Made by a program: the position numbers and the translations under genes. From Flaccisagitta enflata (Eukaryota), in assembly GCA_965153355.1 (NCBI GenBank), contig OZ231126.1, positions 12,834,001-12,898,000 on the forward strand: 64,000 nucleotides of DNA, written 5' to 3'. Positions 29,552 through 44,600 of this stretch are shown here, in pieces. The notes under the pieces are model-generated. The model saw only the letters and a program-made list of their open reading frames with translations. It was not told the DNA's origin and made no database searches. Positions within the stretch are counted from its first letter, which is position 1. Each line of letters opens with the position of its first letter.

Positions 29552-30579
29552 AGCCGTCGTCGTCGTCATTTTCGTCGTCGTCTTCTACTTTGTCATCATG
29601 TACTCCCCCCCGAAGCAGCAAATCTTGATTCATAGCCGTCAAATTCATACATTCGTTAAAAAAGAAAGTATGACGTCAACGTTATGACGTCACGTTGACT
29701 GTGAGAAGGGAAACGATGACGAAACAAGGCCAAGTCTTGGCCAATATGTGCGCCTCACTGTTTTTGATGAATCCATCTACGGATTGATGAATGAATTGAT
29801 TAATGAATAAATGACTGAATGCAAATGAAAGTAAGAAGGCGGGTGAGGTTACAGATGTGACAAAAGACGCGGTTTTTCGCGGTTTTAACGTTTACGTGAC
29901 GGACCAACGGACCACCAACCGACCGACCAACAGACAGACATAACCTCTTATAGATGTGCGAGGACGCAGAAAAAAGATGACGTCTAAAGATGACGAAAAC
30001 ATTAATATCTGTTGGGGAAAGAAACTAACAACTACTAGGGAAAGATTTTCATTAATCAATCGTGTATAACAAGTGAAAGATATCGTAAATGAAAGATTCA
30101 ATAGCACAGAATAGTTGTTCCTCTAACTAGTTTCTCTGAGCGCTCTTAAACTTGAAAATCTTTATTGTAATCTAACTTCTAACAGGTGACCCGGCGCTAC
30201 AATATCATCGCGGAGAAGTGGATAGGAGCGTACAACCCCTTCTCCCCCCCCCACAAAACACAGACACAAACGCAATCACAACTACTGCATCTAAATTGCG
30301 CGCTTTCACACTTTTTGGACTCATGGACGGAAAGTTGAATGGAAAGATGGTTAGATGGATGGACGTATGGATGGATGTACTAATAGATAGATGAATAGAC
30401 GGACCGATGGGACCAAAATCACCTCCTTTTACTGCAAATTACACAAGAACAAAATGCTGACAAAAATAAAAAAGTTGGCAATTGTCCATTGAATCGCGCG
30501 ATCGAGATATTTCTCTTAATTCTGATTTGCTCCGCGGTATGACATGATAAGACATGTTCTTGTCCCTGCTTGTCGTTAC

Positions 30580-31507
30580 CAGGCCTGAGCTATATAGCAT
30601 TTTTGTCAACTATACAATACCAATACAATACTTTCAAGTATTGGGACAATACAATACAATACCAATACAATACAATATCCATTAAAATTGTATATAATAT
30701 ATTATCATAGTATACAATACAATATATATATGATTTTTATAGTTTTAATACTAGGTAATAAGTAGTAATTATATATAAAACTAATTATAGTTAGATGATA
30801 TACTAATAATTTGAAAAAAATATAATAATTTTAATCATCATTTGAATATTTGTTATATGAAAAATTTTCATATTTTTTTTTCATTTTGATAACAGTTATA
30901 TTTCATTTTTTTTAGTATTTTTTTCTTTTTTTTTACACTTATCTATTTGTTTCTTTTATTGTCAAGATTTGATTCTCTTTTTTTTATTTTTTTTTTATTT
31001 GTTTGTTTACATTTTTCCACATTTTTCCCTGTCTCTTTCTCTCTCTTTCCTGTAGATTCTTTATTTTCTTCCTCTTCCTCCTTTTTATCCTTCCAGCTTC
31101 TGACCACTGATTATTTCTTTCATAGATTTTTTTTCTTCCTCTTCTTCTTCTTTGTCTATATTCCAAACTTACCTAATCTGTCATAAGTTTTTCTTCCTCT
31201 TCCTCTTCCTCTTTTCATTCCTCACCCACTTTTACTTTTAGCAAATCCTCCTCTTTTCTTTTGATCTCTCACTTTCTCCACTTCTTTTATTCTCCCTCAG
31301 ACCTAGGAATGCTTTTCTTCTTCCTCCTCATCTCCTTCAGTCTTTCTCTCATATATTTCACTTTCCTCAGATCAGCTTTTTCGTAATATTTTATAGTATT
31401 GTATTGTATAGGAAAAATAACAAAATAAATTATATGTATTGGGAAAACCCAATACACAAGAATATTGTAAACCCAATACCAATACCCAATACAATCGCTC
31501 AGGCCTA
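30580..31507. mobile_element. 928-bp non-autonomous hAT-type element
   Basis: TIR CAGGCCTGAGC / GCTCAGGCCTA; 8-bp TSD GTCGTTAC at 30572-30579 and 31508-31515; clustered subterminal CAATAC repeats at both ends. Confidence 0.88.
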
Positions 31508-32588
31508 GTCGTTACATGTGCCGACAAAACCAGATATGATTCAACAAGCTCCTCACATTTCCATTTACATTTCCACACATGTCGCCACTTTTCCTTACAT
31601 GTTCCGACATATCCGGTAATAATTCAACATGTTCCTCGAAGTCTGTTCTTCTAATTACATGCGCCTACATCTCCTCACATGTCCCTGCCTGTGCCTGCAT
31701 TATTGTCACTTGTGTCAGGGAGCAAATGAATAGGTTTTTATGACGTCATTGCAAAGAAATCCCAGTGAGTATTCAGTTTTCTTAGATTTTGAAAACTTAT
31801 TTCCTGGCACATTTAAAGACAAATCCTAATAGGATGAATCATCTTGCAATGCACGGAGGGACATGTATGGTTAAATCGTCGCATTTTCGTCCGACGATTT
31901 AGTTTAAATTTGCCCTACCGAAGGACATTAAAACATGGCATAAACAAGTATGGCAATTCGTATGACAAGTGGAACAAAATTCCCCACTGTTCCCAAACTG
32001 TTATAAATGGAAGAGGGTCTAGTGAACCCTCGCTGACTTGTTGATACGCCTAGTTCTCCATAAAAATATCTAAAAAAACACTAGTTTTCAACCCAACCCA
32101 AAAGCAGACTGGGCATGTGATTGTTACCTTTTAACTAAAATCTAACAAATAACGTTTGTATGACTTTACACAAAACTTCCTCCTCAAGTGTCAAAGTAAC
32201 AATATACGTCATCAAACCACGCCAAGTTGACAATCGTCGTATTTGTTGTCATGTTGAGTGTCAAATTGACAATCATTTTTCCGAATGATTGTTGGTCTTG
32301 CGGCGCGATTTCAGCGTGAGGCCAAACCAACGAATCAATCAATGAAAGTGACTAAAAGGAGAGAAAAAGAAAAAGAAAAAGAATTACTGCTGAGAGACAA
32401 AAGTGAGATTTACGCCATTTGTGACAATTTTGAGAAGGAATGACTCAAGAATCAAGACACTAAAATGAGGAACAAGAAAGATTATTTACTAGTTACTAGT
32501 TACTAGTTTACTGTTTAGTATTCATCGGTCGATTCACAACAAGATAGTTGCTTTGATTCTGTGTGTACCGTCAAGCTAATGTTGATTG

Positions 32589-32735
<147 letters not shown>

Positions 32736-33130
32736 GACACACAGAAAGCCAGACAGGCATGCAAACATAAAGAAAGAGAGTAGATAAGAACAAAAATGTT
32801 TAGTGTAGTAAACAGTAAGTGACGAAACATGTGTAAAGAAGCGAGCCGCTGGGAGAGTCTTAAAAGGGGTATTACCCTGCACCTTTCAATGATTTTGAAA
32901 AAAGTTGATCTTTAGAATTTTTTTTTCTTGAGCTTAAGTGGAAAGGCATAAACGATTTCTAACAAAAGGAACCACAAGACATCTACTCCCTTCCTCAATA
33001 TTTCATCAGTTTTTAATGTTTAAGCATATAGTTTACTTATAATTCAGCATCAGAGACTGTTATGATGAAAAAATCTTATCAAGAAGAAGTGGCGGCATCT
33101 TAATTCCAGTATGCAACAGTATAATTTCTA

Positions 33131-33609
33131 TTTTTAGTCGCGTGCTACGCGACTCTATACCCCGCTTTGTCCGTCCGTCCGTCGGTCGGTTGGTCGGTTT
33201 GTCGGTTGGTCGGTTGGTCGGTTGGTCGGTTGGTCGGTTGGTCGGTTGGTCGGTCGGTCGGTCGGTCGGTTGGTCGGTCCCCATTTTACTTTTTTTATGT
33301 TTTTGCGGTCTTTGGCCTCACTGCTCCTTGCCAAATGCTTTAGTAACTCAAATACTGCCCCTGCCCACCCGCACGCAACTGAGGTAGCCGTGTATCCGGC
33401 CTTGTTTTGTTTCTACAGGAGGTGAAAATTTGTCTAATTGCATTTTTTGTGGACACGCAACTCTATAAGAGGCTTTGTCCGTCCGTTGGTCCGTTGGTCC
33501 GTTGGTCCGTCCGTCATGGTGATCGAGTTTGAAAGTGTGAAAACGCGCATTTCCGCTGCCATGCCCACCCGTCCGCAACTGGTATTGGCCGTGTATCCGG
33601 CCTTGTTTT
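33131..33609 (+). mobile_element. Two adjacent HINE-like elements (33131-33408, 33443-33609)
   Basis: Same termini and internal (GGTY)n/(GTCC)n tracts as family A. Confidence 0.8.
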
Positions 33610-33720
33610 CTTTATTTCAAAGCAGGTAGAATCTCAAGTCTGTAAAAGGAGTTAATTTAACGACTTACAAATGACATGTTTTTGTAAAGAACGATAAAAA
33701 AATTGTATCTCTATGTCATT

Positions 33721-33817
<97 letters not shown>

Positions 33818-34959
33818 GAGTCATCACCAGCATGGACCCAACAAGAGCCAAGTGGGAGGAGAAGGTGAGGGAGTAAGAGGAGAATGAGGAGGAGGAGGAG
33901 GAGAATGAAGAGCAAGAGAAGCAAAGGTGGGATTCGATGTTTCTTGGATGTTGTTGAAGAAGTTACGAGAGTCGATCTTGGGGAAAGTTGATCACGTGAT
34001 TTTCTCGGGTGAGTTCAGGGAAAGAAGGGAGCTTCACAGTCAACCACATCTTTTACGCAATTAGGGTTGCCAATGAGCTTCAAAGTAAACCACATCTTTG
34101 ATGCAATTACGGTTGCTAGAGACCCCAAAATTTCAGCATATCCAATGAATGTGATTGGAGGAATCTGATATCCCAAGCTTCATCAAATTCACATGTCCAG
34201 ATGATTTGACAGAGCCATGTCTACTGAAGTGAGTTTAGGGATGGATGGCAGCCCATCAGTTCATCGCATTCACATGAATCTAGGGAGGTAGAAGTAACTC
34301 CTATTTTCACCACCTCCAATTCGTTGGTTGCTAAGAGTGATGTTTCATCGTTGGGATGAGGTAGACTAGATATTCCATTCCTCACTAAATGATCACTGAG
34401 CTTTCCAAAAAAAGGTTGTGATACTCTCATATTGCTAGTATATTTAACTACCATTTAGTGAGAAATTTCCAATCTTTTTCTTGAGAGATTTTGATTTTTT
34501 TTCTCAAATATACTGTGAGAGCAATCAAAAAGATGTTGTCGGTGGTTCACTCCCTCGTAAACACCAAAACTTTTTTAAAGGTGTAAATGCCATTTGACTT
34601 TACTCAAGATTTATTTCTGAGAAAGGTCTTTACATTTAACAGATCATTGGAAGAAAACAAGAGTGGCAATGGCAGGAGGAGGTTGAGATGGGGGGGGGGG
34701 GGTGGGGAAGAGGAAGGAGAAGAACAAGGCCGGATACACGGCTACCCCAGTCGCGTGCGGGTGGGCAGGGGCTGTATTTGTGGTCTTTCAATCATTTGGG
34801 CAGGTGCAGTGAGGCCAAAGACCGCAAAAAAACAAAAAAAGTAAAGCGTGACGGACGAACCAACGGACGGACCAACGGACGGAGGGACAGACCGACGGAC
34901 CGACAAACCGGGTTGTAGAGTCGCGTAGCACGCGACTAAAAAGAAGAAGAAGAAGAAAA

Positions 34960-36010
34960 ATAGTCGCAAAAGCGTAAGATGGTCAGCGGTACCCGTTGCC
35001 CCTATGTGAGTGTATGTGGGTGTGAGGTGGTTAGAGGGGCAGCGGCCCCGAAGGGGCCGATGACCTATGCTGTTTTTATTTGAGCCTCAAGGCTGGAATT
35101 ATGGCCTCAAGGCTGGAATTGGGGCCTTGAGGCTTGGATTTGAGCCTTGAAGCTGGAATTATGACCTCGAGGCTGGAATTATGGCCTCGAGGCTCGGATT
35201 GGGGCTTTGAGGTTTGGATTTGAGCCTTGAGGCTGGGATGTGAGCCTCAAGGCTGGGATTTCAGCCTCGAGGCTGGGATTTCAGCCACAAGGCTGAGATT
35301 TGGGCCTCAAGGTTAGAATTTGAATCTCTGGGGTGGAACATGAGCCTCACAGCTACTACTCGACTCAATAAAAAAGCCGCACTTTTAAATAGCAAATTGT
35401 CATACTAAATTTCAAAAAAACTAATTAAAATTTTAGACCATTAGAAAGCTCTTGAAAAGATCTTTCATTCGGAGCCAATCTGGTATTGCTATCTTTTTTC
35501 GTTTAGAAATGGCATTAGTTTGAGTAAAAATGTTGCCTATTTTAGTTCCGCAATCCTTATGAAAAAAGTGCATTTTACAAAAATAGTGCTTATCTTTGCA
35601 GAGCTCTAGCTCCTAAACCGTTTGAGATACAGATCTGGGATTGGTCTAGAATGAAAGAAAATTCAAAAATCTTTCAAATGACTTTAACAAAAAAAATTTT
35701 GAATAATTTTTTTTTCTTAGACATCAACTCAAAACAGGGTGCGGCTTTTTTTTTGAGTCGAGTAGTAGAATTTGGGCCTCAGGGCTAGATTTTGTGCCTC
35801 TGGGGTAGAATTTGGGCCTCAAGGCTAGAATTTGGGCCTCAAGGTTAGAATTTGGATCTCTGGGGTGGAATATGGGCATCACGACCATAATTTGGGCCGC
35901 AAAGCTGGGGGGGGGTTACGGACGGAGGAGAAGGAGAAGAAGATGAAGGAGAAATTTCTGCATATGTGAAAGCATAGGTCATCGGCCCCTTTGGGGCCGC
36001 TGCCCAAAAA
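34960..36010. mobile_element. HINE-like family D element with central 20-21-bp minisatellite and a nested MITE
   Basis: Asymmetric inverted repeats GGGCAGCGGCCCCGAAGGGGCCGATGACCTATGCT (35037-35071) / AGCATAGGTCATCGGCCCCTTTGGGGCCGCTGCCC (35971-36005); GAGCCTCAAGGCTGGAATTT-type tandem units. Confidence 0.75.
35356..35765. mobile_element. 410-bp MITE with ~27-bp TIRs and TA TSD
   Basis: CTACTCGACTCAATAAAAAAGCCGCAC / GTGCGGCTTTTTTTTTGAGTCGAGTAG; TA at 35354-35355 and 35766-35767; removing it restores the host minisatellite unit GC-TA-GAATTTGGGCCTC. Confidence 0.88.
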
Positions 36011-36017
36011 GGATACG

Positions 36018-36289
36018 AAGAAGGAAAAGAAGAAGAAAGAGAAGAAGAAGAAGAAGAAGAAGAAGAAGAAGAAGAAGAAGAAGAAGAAGAAGAAGAAGAA
36101 GAAGAAGAAGAAGAAGAAGAAGAAGAAGAAGAAGAAGAAGAAGAAGAAGAAGAAGAAGAAGAAGAAGAAGAAGAAGAAGAAGAAAAAGAAGAAGAAGAAG
36201 AAGAAGAAGGAGAAGGAGAAGTAGAAGGAGAAGAGGAAGTAGAGGGAGGAGTAGAAGGAGAAGAGGAGGAGGGAGAAGAAGAGCAGGGA

Positions 36290-36324
<35 letters not shown>

Positions 36325-36508
36325 AGAAGAAGAAGAAGAAGAAGAAGAAGAAGAAGAAGAAGAAGAAGAAGAAGAAGAAGGTGAAAAAGTAGAAGAAGAA
36401 GAAGAAGAGGTAGAAAAAGAAAGAATAGAAGAAGAAGAAGAAGAAAAAGAAGAAGAAGAAGAAGAAGGAGAGGAAGAAGAAGAAGAAGAAGAAGAAGAAG
36501 AAGAAGAA

Positions 36509-36540
<32 letters not shown>

Positions 36541-36600
36541 AGAAGAAGAAAAAGAAGAAGGAGGAGGAGCAGAGGGAGGATGAGGAGGAGGAAGAGGAAG
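36018..36600. repeat. (GAA)n microsatellite
   Basis: Directly visible. Confidence 0.95.
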
Positions 36601-37661
36601 AAGAAGAGAGGGTTGGAAGGCATTTGGATGGGTGGTGAAGGGAATTTGATGGGTGGTCGGATGTTTAGCATTTCAAATGATCTCTTCTTTTAAGCAGTCA
36701 ACAATTTCCCCCTTTTTTGTGGTCGACTCCTAACAGGTCGAGTTGTCTGTGGGAACACTAATAGCATTAGTAACACATAATCAATGGCATTAGTAATACA
36801 TTTGTTATCGCAAAAAAGCTATGGACATATCTGGGAATGGCTGACTGAGGCCAAGTGGAGAATGTAAACCCGATATTGCATTGGAAATTCCAATTTTGAA
36901 TGGAATTGAAAGAAATGAACGTTCCTTTGTTTTGCTAACGCATTTCTTAATGCTCATATCATTCATTCTTTCAATCATTCCTTCATTCAGTTACTTCGAT
37001 AAGACAGCTTCACGAAAAGGCATGATTTGTTCCAGTCCCTTGTCGTGCGCTTTAGTGAAGTGCAACTGTACCTTTTTCTCTTCCTTCTTATCCTTCTGCC
37101 TTCCTTCCTTACCTTCTTCCTTTCTTCTTTTCTTTCTCTTTTACTTCTTTGCTTCCTTTGTTCTTTTCTCTTGTATTTTATCGGCGTGTTTGAAGTTCTT
37201 TTTCTGCCGCCTTTGACATGTCTTACGCGTCATTTCCAAGCAGTTTTTCGCCTTTTTAAAACGCCTTCTTTAAGTTCTTTTTAAACCTTTTTCCTGCCTT
37301 TATTAATATGATTTTATCCGATCCCGTTGACATTGAGCTTGTAATTTCCAGGTAATATTCTTTGTAACACAAAAAACTGGCGAGAGAAAGACTGACAGAC
37401 TGGCAGTCTGATTGATGGAAAATGAAAAAAAGAAAATATGACACGGTCTTCGGAAATTCGCGATTTTCACTGCCGCAGCCAATTTTTCACTCAATAGAAA
37501 AATCGATCAAACACTTCCACTGAAGGGTCCAGAGTATGTGGATGTGTACACTCACTAAGAATTTGCATGGAAATCTCGTAGGGATGACTTAAACAATGTG
37601 AAATGTATCAATAAATTACGAAAAAATCAGACATTTTCTGGAGAAAATTTTCTTTTATCAC

Positions 37662-37829
37662 TAGATGAGACCTCACGGAAAACTCTTGATTTGCATAGAA
37701 AATGACAAATTCAAAAAACTAAGAACATGGCCCTCGTCCAAAGACCCGTAGGAAGGAAGCCATGTTCTTGGAAATGCAAAAAAGTTCGTCTTGAAGCAGA
37801 TTAAGAGTTTTCCGTGGGACCCTCTTTAG
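37662..37829. mobile_element. Degraded palindromic MITE-like element
   Basis: CACGGAAAACTCTTGATTTGC / GCAGATTAAGAGTTTTCCGTG and inner AAGAACATGGC / GCCATGTTCTT. Confidence 0.55.
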
Positions 37830-38894
37830 AATTTTATCACTCAGTTTTCAGTAGAACCATTTCCTAATCCATTACTATTCACTACTTTTATTGTTGATCT
37901 AAGATATTTTTCCCGCGAACGAGGGTGGAAAAAGTGAATTGATGTAGTTTTTGTTCCAAATCAGCACAGGGAAGCAATATTGTAAATAGAAACTCCACAA
38001 GTAGTATGTTAAATACACTGGCAAGAAAATCGCGTACTCAAAAGAAGCGTGTCATATGTGAGTGTTTGTATGAGAAAGAAATTCCGAGAGTGAGAATGGG
38101 AGAGATTTTTTTTTCTGCCCACCATTATCCTCTTAAATTACAACAATCATAAAAAAAGGGGGGAAAAAGAAGCACACATACACAAACACGCACTCAAAGT
38201 CAAAACGTTTGACTTTTTTGGTTCTTCGCCCACATGATTGAATCATTGAATCATCAATTGTTTTGTTCTGTACTAGAAAGCAGGAGGCGTCATATCAAAC
38301 TATCGTTTTCATGCATCTATACATTATTCTAATCATTCACTTTATTAACACAGTGATACCTCCGCTATAACGGAACCAAGATTAAAGGAAATCAGCCTGC
38401 ATGCGACACACCCCGCTTTGTTGTCGGTCGCTCGGTCGCTCGGTCTGTCACAATTCTACTGTTTTATCAATCGCATTTCTTAGAGTCATTTTAGGTCATT
38501 TAAGAGTATACTAAGTCAGTCTAAGTTATTCTAAGTCATCCTAAATATAAGTCTCGCACGCGACTTACAGATGATGACCTTGTTATTTATAGTTGCCGAC
38601 TCGCAACTCTATATGAGGTTTTGTCTGTCAGTCTGTTGGTAATGCTTAAGTTGTTATCGTTTTTAGGGGTGGAGGTTGTATTCCCTATTCACCAACCCAC
38701 GAAAATAGAGTAGCCTTTGGTTACTTATTGTTTCTTAGAATCAAATTAGCAATTACAAAAATCCACCTATAACAGATGAAATTTGTTGGTTCTTACTTCT
38801 TAGACATCCGCTTTTGCGGGGTTCCATTGTACCCGTATTTTAGTAGCATTTCTATAACTGGCTGTGTCCGTTGGTTGGTCTATCTGTCTGTCCA

Positions 38895-38928
<34 letters not shown>

Positions 38929-39363
38929 CACCTGGCGCACGTACTTGGCCTTGTTTCTTCAGTTCTTTGTTTGTACCAGTACCAACCTAAACCAATTTTG
39001 GAGTGGATAATAAGCCGATTACAAATGACTTTATACAAAATGGTTAACTCATTGGTTAACAAATCGTTTCACGGCGTTAAGACTATTGTACTAGGGAAGT
39101 GAATCAGATTTTTTGTAGGTAAGGAGAGAGAGAGTTAGAAACTTATTACTCGAGTAAGGAGTTTGGCTCATTGGCTGTATGGGAACAAACAAGAATCTAT
39201 ATGAGTCTTTAGATCACATGAAATTTCATCCAGGTTCAATTACAGGTGCTTTTTGGTCGTCATATTGGTTCTGTCATAAGTCATGAGTCATACTGTTTGC
39301 CTATCCATCTGTCGCCTATTAATTGAAGCGCTTTTTTCCTCGTTATTGCCATTTTTTCTTATA

Positions 39364-39592
39364 CCATCTAGCTCATAAATATACGGACACTTGAAAAAAA
39401 ACATCAATTTTGAAAAGGTGCTGCGTTTAAACAATTTAAGTTGCTGACACCAGATTAGGCCTATTTCGAAAAGTTGTCTAAAAACTTTCAAATGCGACCA
39501 ATCTGGGGTCATCAGCTTAATTTGCTTAAGCGCAGCACCTTTCTAAAGTTGATAATTATTTGCAGGTGTTCGTATATTCATGAGCTAGATAG
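39364..39592. mobile_element. ~229-bp degraded palindromic MITE, TA flanks
   Basis: CCATCTAGCTCATAAATATACGGACAC versus GTGTTCGTATATTCATGAGCTAGATAG; inner arms AAAGGTGCTGCG / CGCAGCACCTTT. Confidence 0.75.
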
Positions 39593-40199
39593 TATTTCTA
39601 CCCCTGCCAAATGACAAATTCAATGTCTGCTTTCGTATGCAATCAGGATAGACTGGTATTTTTAAAGTTGGGGCGTAACGACAGATAGGACAGAAAAATG
39701 GGACAGAAGATTGAAACAGAAGAATGGGACAAATAGATGGGACAAAATAATAGAACTCTGACTTTCTCAAGAATAAACCGTTTGGAATTACAAACACAAA
39801 TTGTAATATTCCAAATTTGCAGACGTCGTAATTGCATTAGTTGTATTGACAGCATTAACGGCATTAACGGCATTAACAGCTGCACATAACACCGTCGCCT
39901 CTTATGTTTAACTTTGAAGGCAAAAAAAGGCAAAAAGTCCCGCCTAATATAAGAGGAAGCAAGTTGTGTATGTAAGCTTTAAATTAATTTGACTTTATCA
40001 GTCGACAAACATGAAAGGGGATTACTCTCTTTTCTCTTTCATCTGTCTATGATCCTCCGTCTTCGTCTGTCCATCTGCTTCACTGTCTTTCTCTTTGACT
40101 ATCGATTTTTGTTGACTGTTATCCACTATAATTTATGTAATTGCATCCATCGGTGAGCATATACATCATGTGTGTGTTTCTTACTGTCTGTTTGTCTGA

Positions 40200-40246
<47 letters not shown>

Positions 40247-40276
40247 ATGTCGGTCTGTCTGTCTGTAAGTCTGTCC

Positions 40277-40388
<112 letters not shown>

Positions 40389-40980
40389 CCTGGTTCTTCT
40401 TTGAAATTGTAGAGACCACCCGACGACAAGAGAGAATGTGTTCAGTAATTTGATAGAATTTCATCTTCTTTCTAACTTAGTGTGAACATCCTCTGGATAC
40501 AGATCCTTTTTCCGTTTCTTTTTCTTTTCTCCCACTCTTTTCTTTTCTTCTCCCTTTTTCTTCTTCTTTGCCATTATTTTGTTATTCCGACCAGATAATC
40601 CGATTTCCATTTTGCAGTTTTCTCAATTTCTTTCTCTCTCCCTCCTCAAATGTCGAATCTGTAGAACAAGGCAGAAAAATAAGAAAAACATTGTATATAC
40701 TGGTTGTTGTTTTTCTTGTTGGTTTTTTCGACAGTATCTCTCTGTCGATTTTTCTATCTACTTGTCTATCCTATCCATCTATCTATCTTTCTGTCCTTTC
40801 ATCCATGAATATCCTATCTCTTCATCCACCTCTCCATCTATTATCTATTATTTATCATGTATTATCTATTATCTATTATCTATTCATCTATCTTTCATTT
40901 TATCTATCTATCATTCTATCAATCAAACTATTGATATCCATATACAGCCATTTATCTATCTATCATTCCTAGATACACTC

Positions 40981-41042
<62 letters not shown>

Positions 41043-41619
41043 AATATATCTATTTTTCTATCTCTCTCTATCTATCTATCTATCTTTCTATCTAATTTGG
41101 AAAAAAGTTTCAAAGATTCTTCGAATTTTTGAGACCTGCAGAGAAAAACGGTTTTCCCCTTGTTTTTTTAGGCGTTTTAGCAAGTTGATGTATTGATGCA
41201 AGTTGATGCATTCTCTATGATTAATAGTTTTTTAGCTATAATTTTTTTTCTTTTTGGTTCTTTTGCGTTTTCCCTGGAAATGAGATATTGAGTTAGTTGA
41301 AGTCCATTCAAACTTTGAATTGTCCCAGCTGTAAACTGTGCATGCTAGCAAAATAAGAAGTGCATTATAGAATTTGAGAAAGTTGCAGGCTTGGCCAAAA
41401 ACTTGTCAAAAACTGGCCAAGATTTATGAAATGCAATATTTGACTGATTTGACAGAGCTTGCCTGGTTATTTGGTGAAACTTTGCTGAATCAAAATATCA
41501 GAAATCAAAGTGAGAGGAAAAACAAAACAAGGCCGGATGCAAGGCAATCCAGTCGCAGACGGTTGGGCAGGAGCAGTAATGTGAAAACCACTTGGAATTG
41601 AAAAATGTGACCTACCTAC

Positions 41620-44600
41620 TAGATAGCAGACTCTGCCCCAAATTCAATCTGACAACCCCAGCCCGATGGTTTTTGCATTCCATATAGTCAAATAGAGGGC
41701 CCAGTGCCAATGAAGGGGTTTTTGAATGGATTTTGCAACCAGCTCTTTTCAAATTTTGATGCGCATAAAGTGGTGGCTGTAGTACAAATCTTGTTTTTAG
41801 GTCATTTCAATCTCAAAATTGGGTCACTTGGCCTGAGAAAAAAGACCCAAAATCCATGAGATTATAAAACTAGAGCCCAAGAGCTAACCAGTGGTGCAAT
41901 CCGCATGTTTCTATCTTCATTTGTTAAGATTTGAGAGCATTTCAAAGACGAGGCTCATGGAGGTAAAATTGCAGCCTCAATTTCAATGGCAATTTTGACA
42001 TTTTTCACAGATTTCAACATATTTTGGCTTTGGATAGACCAATTTGCATGAAATTGGTGACCAAATTAAAGAGTTTTTCCTGCTCTAGCTGATGGTAAAT
42101 GAATTTTTGATCGATATGACCACAAATTTTTTTTATTGACTGTAGAAGCAGGTTTAAAAAAGTCAATTTTTTTGGAAAATTTGTTAACTTTGGACAAAAA
42201 ATTCACCCACCTCTAATTTGAAAAATGACCTAAAATCCATGAGCAAAATAAACTACTGCTCAAGTGCTAACTAGTGGTGCAATCGGCATGTAGCTAAGCT
42301 GTGGCATTTAGATTTTACGGAACTTCAAAGATCAAAGGTTAAGTCAAAATGGCGATTTTTGGTTATTTTGGCCATTTTGGCCTCAAAATCGGGCACCTTT
42401 GGTTTGGAAATCAAAATAAAAATCCATGAGATTATAAAACTAGAGCTCAAGAGCTAACCAGTGGTGCAATCCGCATGTTTCTATCTTCATTTGTTAAGAT
42501 TTGAGAGCATTTCAAAGATGAGGCTCATGGAGGTAAAATTGCAGCCTCAATTTCAGTGGCAATTTTGACATTTTTCACAGATTTCAACATATTTTGGCTT
42601 TGGATAGACCAATTTGCATGAAATTGGTGATCAAATTAAAGAGTTTTTCCTGCTCTAGCTGATGGTAAATGAATTTTTGATCGATATGACTCCAAATTTT
42701 TTTTATTGACTGTAGAAGCAGGTGTAAAAAAGTCAATTTTTTTGGAAAATTTGTCAACTTTGGACAAAAAATTCACCCGCCTCTGATTTGAAAAATGACC
42801 TAAAATCCATGAGCAAAATAAACTACTGCTCAAGTGCTAACTAGTGGTTCAATCGGCATGTAGCTAAGCTGTGGCATTTAGATTTTACGGAACTTCAAAG
42901 ATCAAAGGTTAAGTCAAAATGGCGATTTTTGGTTATTTTGGCCTTTTTGGCCTCAAAATCGGGCACCTTTGGCTTGGAAATCAAAATAAAAATCCATGAG
43001 ATTATAAAACTAGAGCTCAAGAGCTAACCAGTGGTGTAATCCGCATGTTTCTATCTTCATTTGTTAAGATTTGAGAGCATTTCAAAGATGAGGCTCATGG
43101 AGGAAAAATTGCAGCCTCAATTTCAGTGGTTGTTTTTTGATCAATTTAGATGAAATTTGTGAGGAAATGAAAGATTTTTTTCTGCTCTTTAAAATGCCGC
43201 CAAGCGCAATTTGCTAACTTGATTCGTTTAGACGCAGTAGGCTTTCAAATTGAGGGGTTATTTGCGGGTTTTTTATCTTATTTTCTCAAAATAACAAAAA
43301 ATCGCCATTTTGGCTTAACCTTTGATCTTTGAAGTACTGTAAAATCTAAATACCACAGCTTAGCTACTCGCCGATTGCACCACTAGTTAGCACTTGAGCA
43401 CTAGTTTATTTTGCTCATGGATTTTAGGTCATTTTTCAAATTAGAGGCGGTTGAATTTTTTGTCCAAAGTTGACAAATTTTCCAAAAAAATTGATTTTTT
43501 TACACCTGCTTCTACAGTCAATAAAAAGAATTTAGGGTCATGTCGATCAAAAATTCATTTATCATCAGCTAGAGCAGGAAAAACTCTTTAATTTGGTCAC
43601 CAATTTCATGCAAATTGGTCTATCCAAAGCCAAAATATATTGAAATCTGTGAAAAATGTCAAAATTGCCACTGAAATTGAGGCTGCAATTTTTCCTCCAT
43701 GAGCCTCATCTTTGAAATGCTCTCAAATCTTAACAAATGAAGATAGAAACATGCGGATTACACAACTGGTTAGCTCTTGAGCTCTAGTTTTATAATCTCA
43801 TGGATTTTTATTTTGATTTCCAAGCCAAAGGTGCCCGATTTTGAGGCCAAAAAGGCCAAAATAACCAAAAATCGCCATTTTGACTTAACCTTTGATCTTT
43901 GAAGTTCCGTAAAATCTAAATGCCACAGCTTAGCTACATGCCGATTGAACCACTAGTTAGCACTTGAGCAGTAGTTTATTTTGCTCATGGATTTTAGGTC
44001 ATTTTTCAAATAAGAGGCGGGTGAATTTTTTGTCCAAAGTTGACAAATTTTCCAAAAAAATTGACTTTTTTACACCTGCTTCTACAGTCAATAAAAAAAA
44101 TTTGGGGTCATATCGATCAAAAATTCATTTACCATCAGCTAGAGCAGGAAAAACTCTTTAATTTGGTCACCAATTTCATGCAAATTGGTCTATCCAAAGC
44201 CAAAATATGTTGAAATCTGTGAAAAATGTCAAAATTGCCACTGAAATTGAGGCTGCAATTTTACCTCCATAAGCCTCATCTTTGAAATGCTCTCAAATCT
44301 TAACAAATGAAGATAGAAACATGCAGATTGCACCACTGGTTAGCTCTTGAGCTCTAGTTTTATAATCTCATGGATTTTTATTTTGATTTCCAAGCCAAAG
44401 GTGCCCGATTTTGAGGCCAAAATGGCCAAAATAACCAAAAATCGCCATTTTGACTTAACCTTTCATCTTTGAAGTTCCGTAAAATCTAAATGCCACAGCT
44501 TAGCTACATGCCAATTGCACCACTAGTTAGCACTTGAGCAGTAGTTTATTTTGCTCATGGATTTTAGGTCATTTTTCAAATTAGAGGCGGGTGAATTTTT

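Noticed and set aside
35080-35330. 20-21-bp repeat arrays as a possible CRISPR
   Set aside because: Units abut with no unique spacers, no cas genes, eukaryotic context.
42636-44161. Mirror 65-aa ORFs in the foldback arms
   Set aside because: Short, non-ATG starts, no domain similarity; by-product of the repeat unit.
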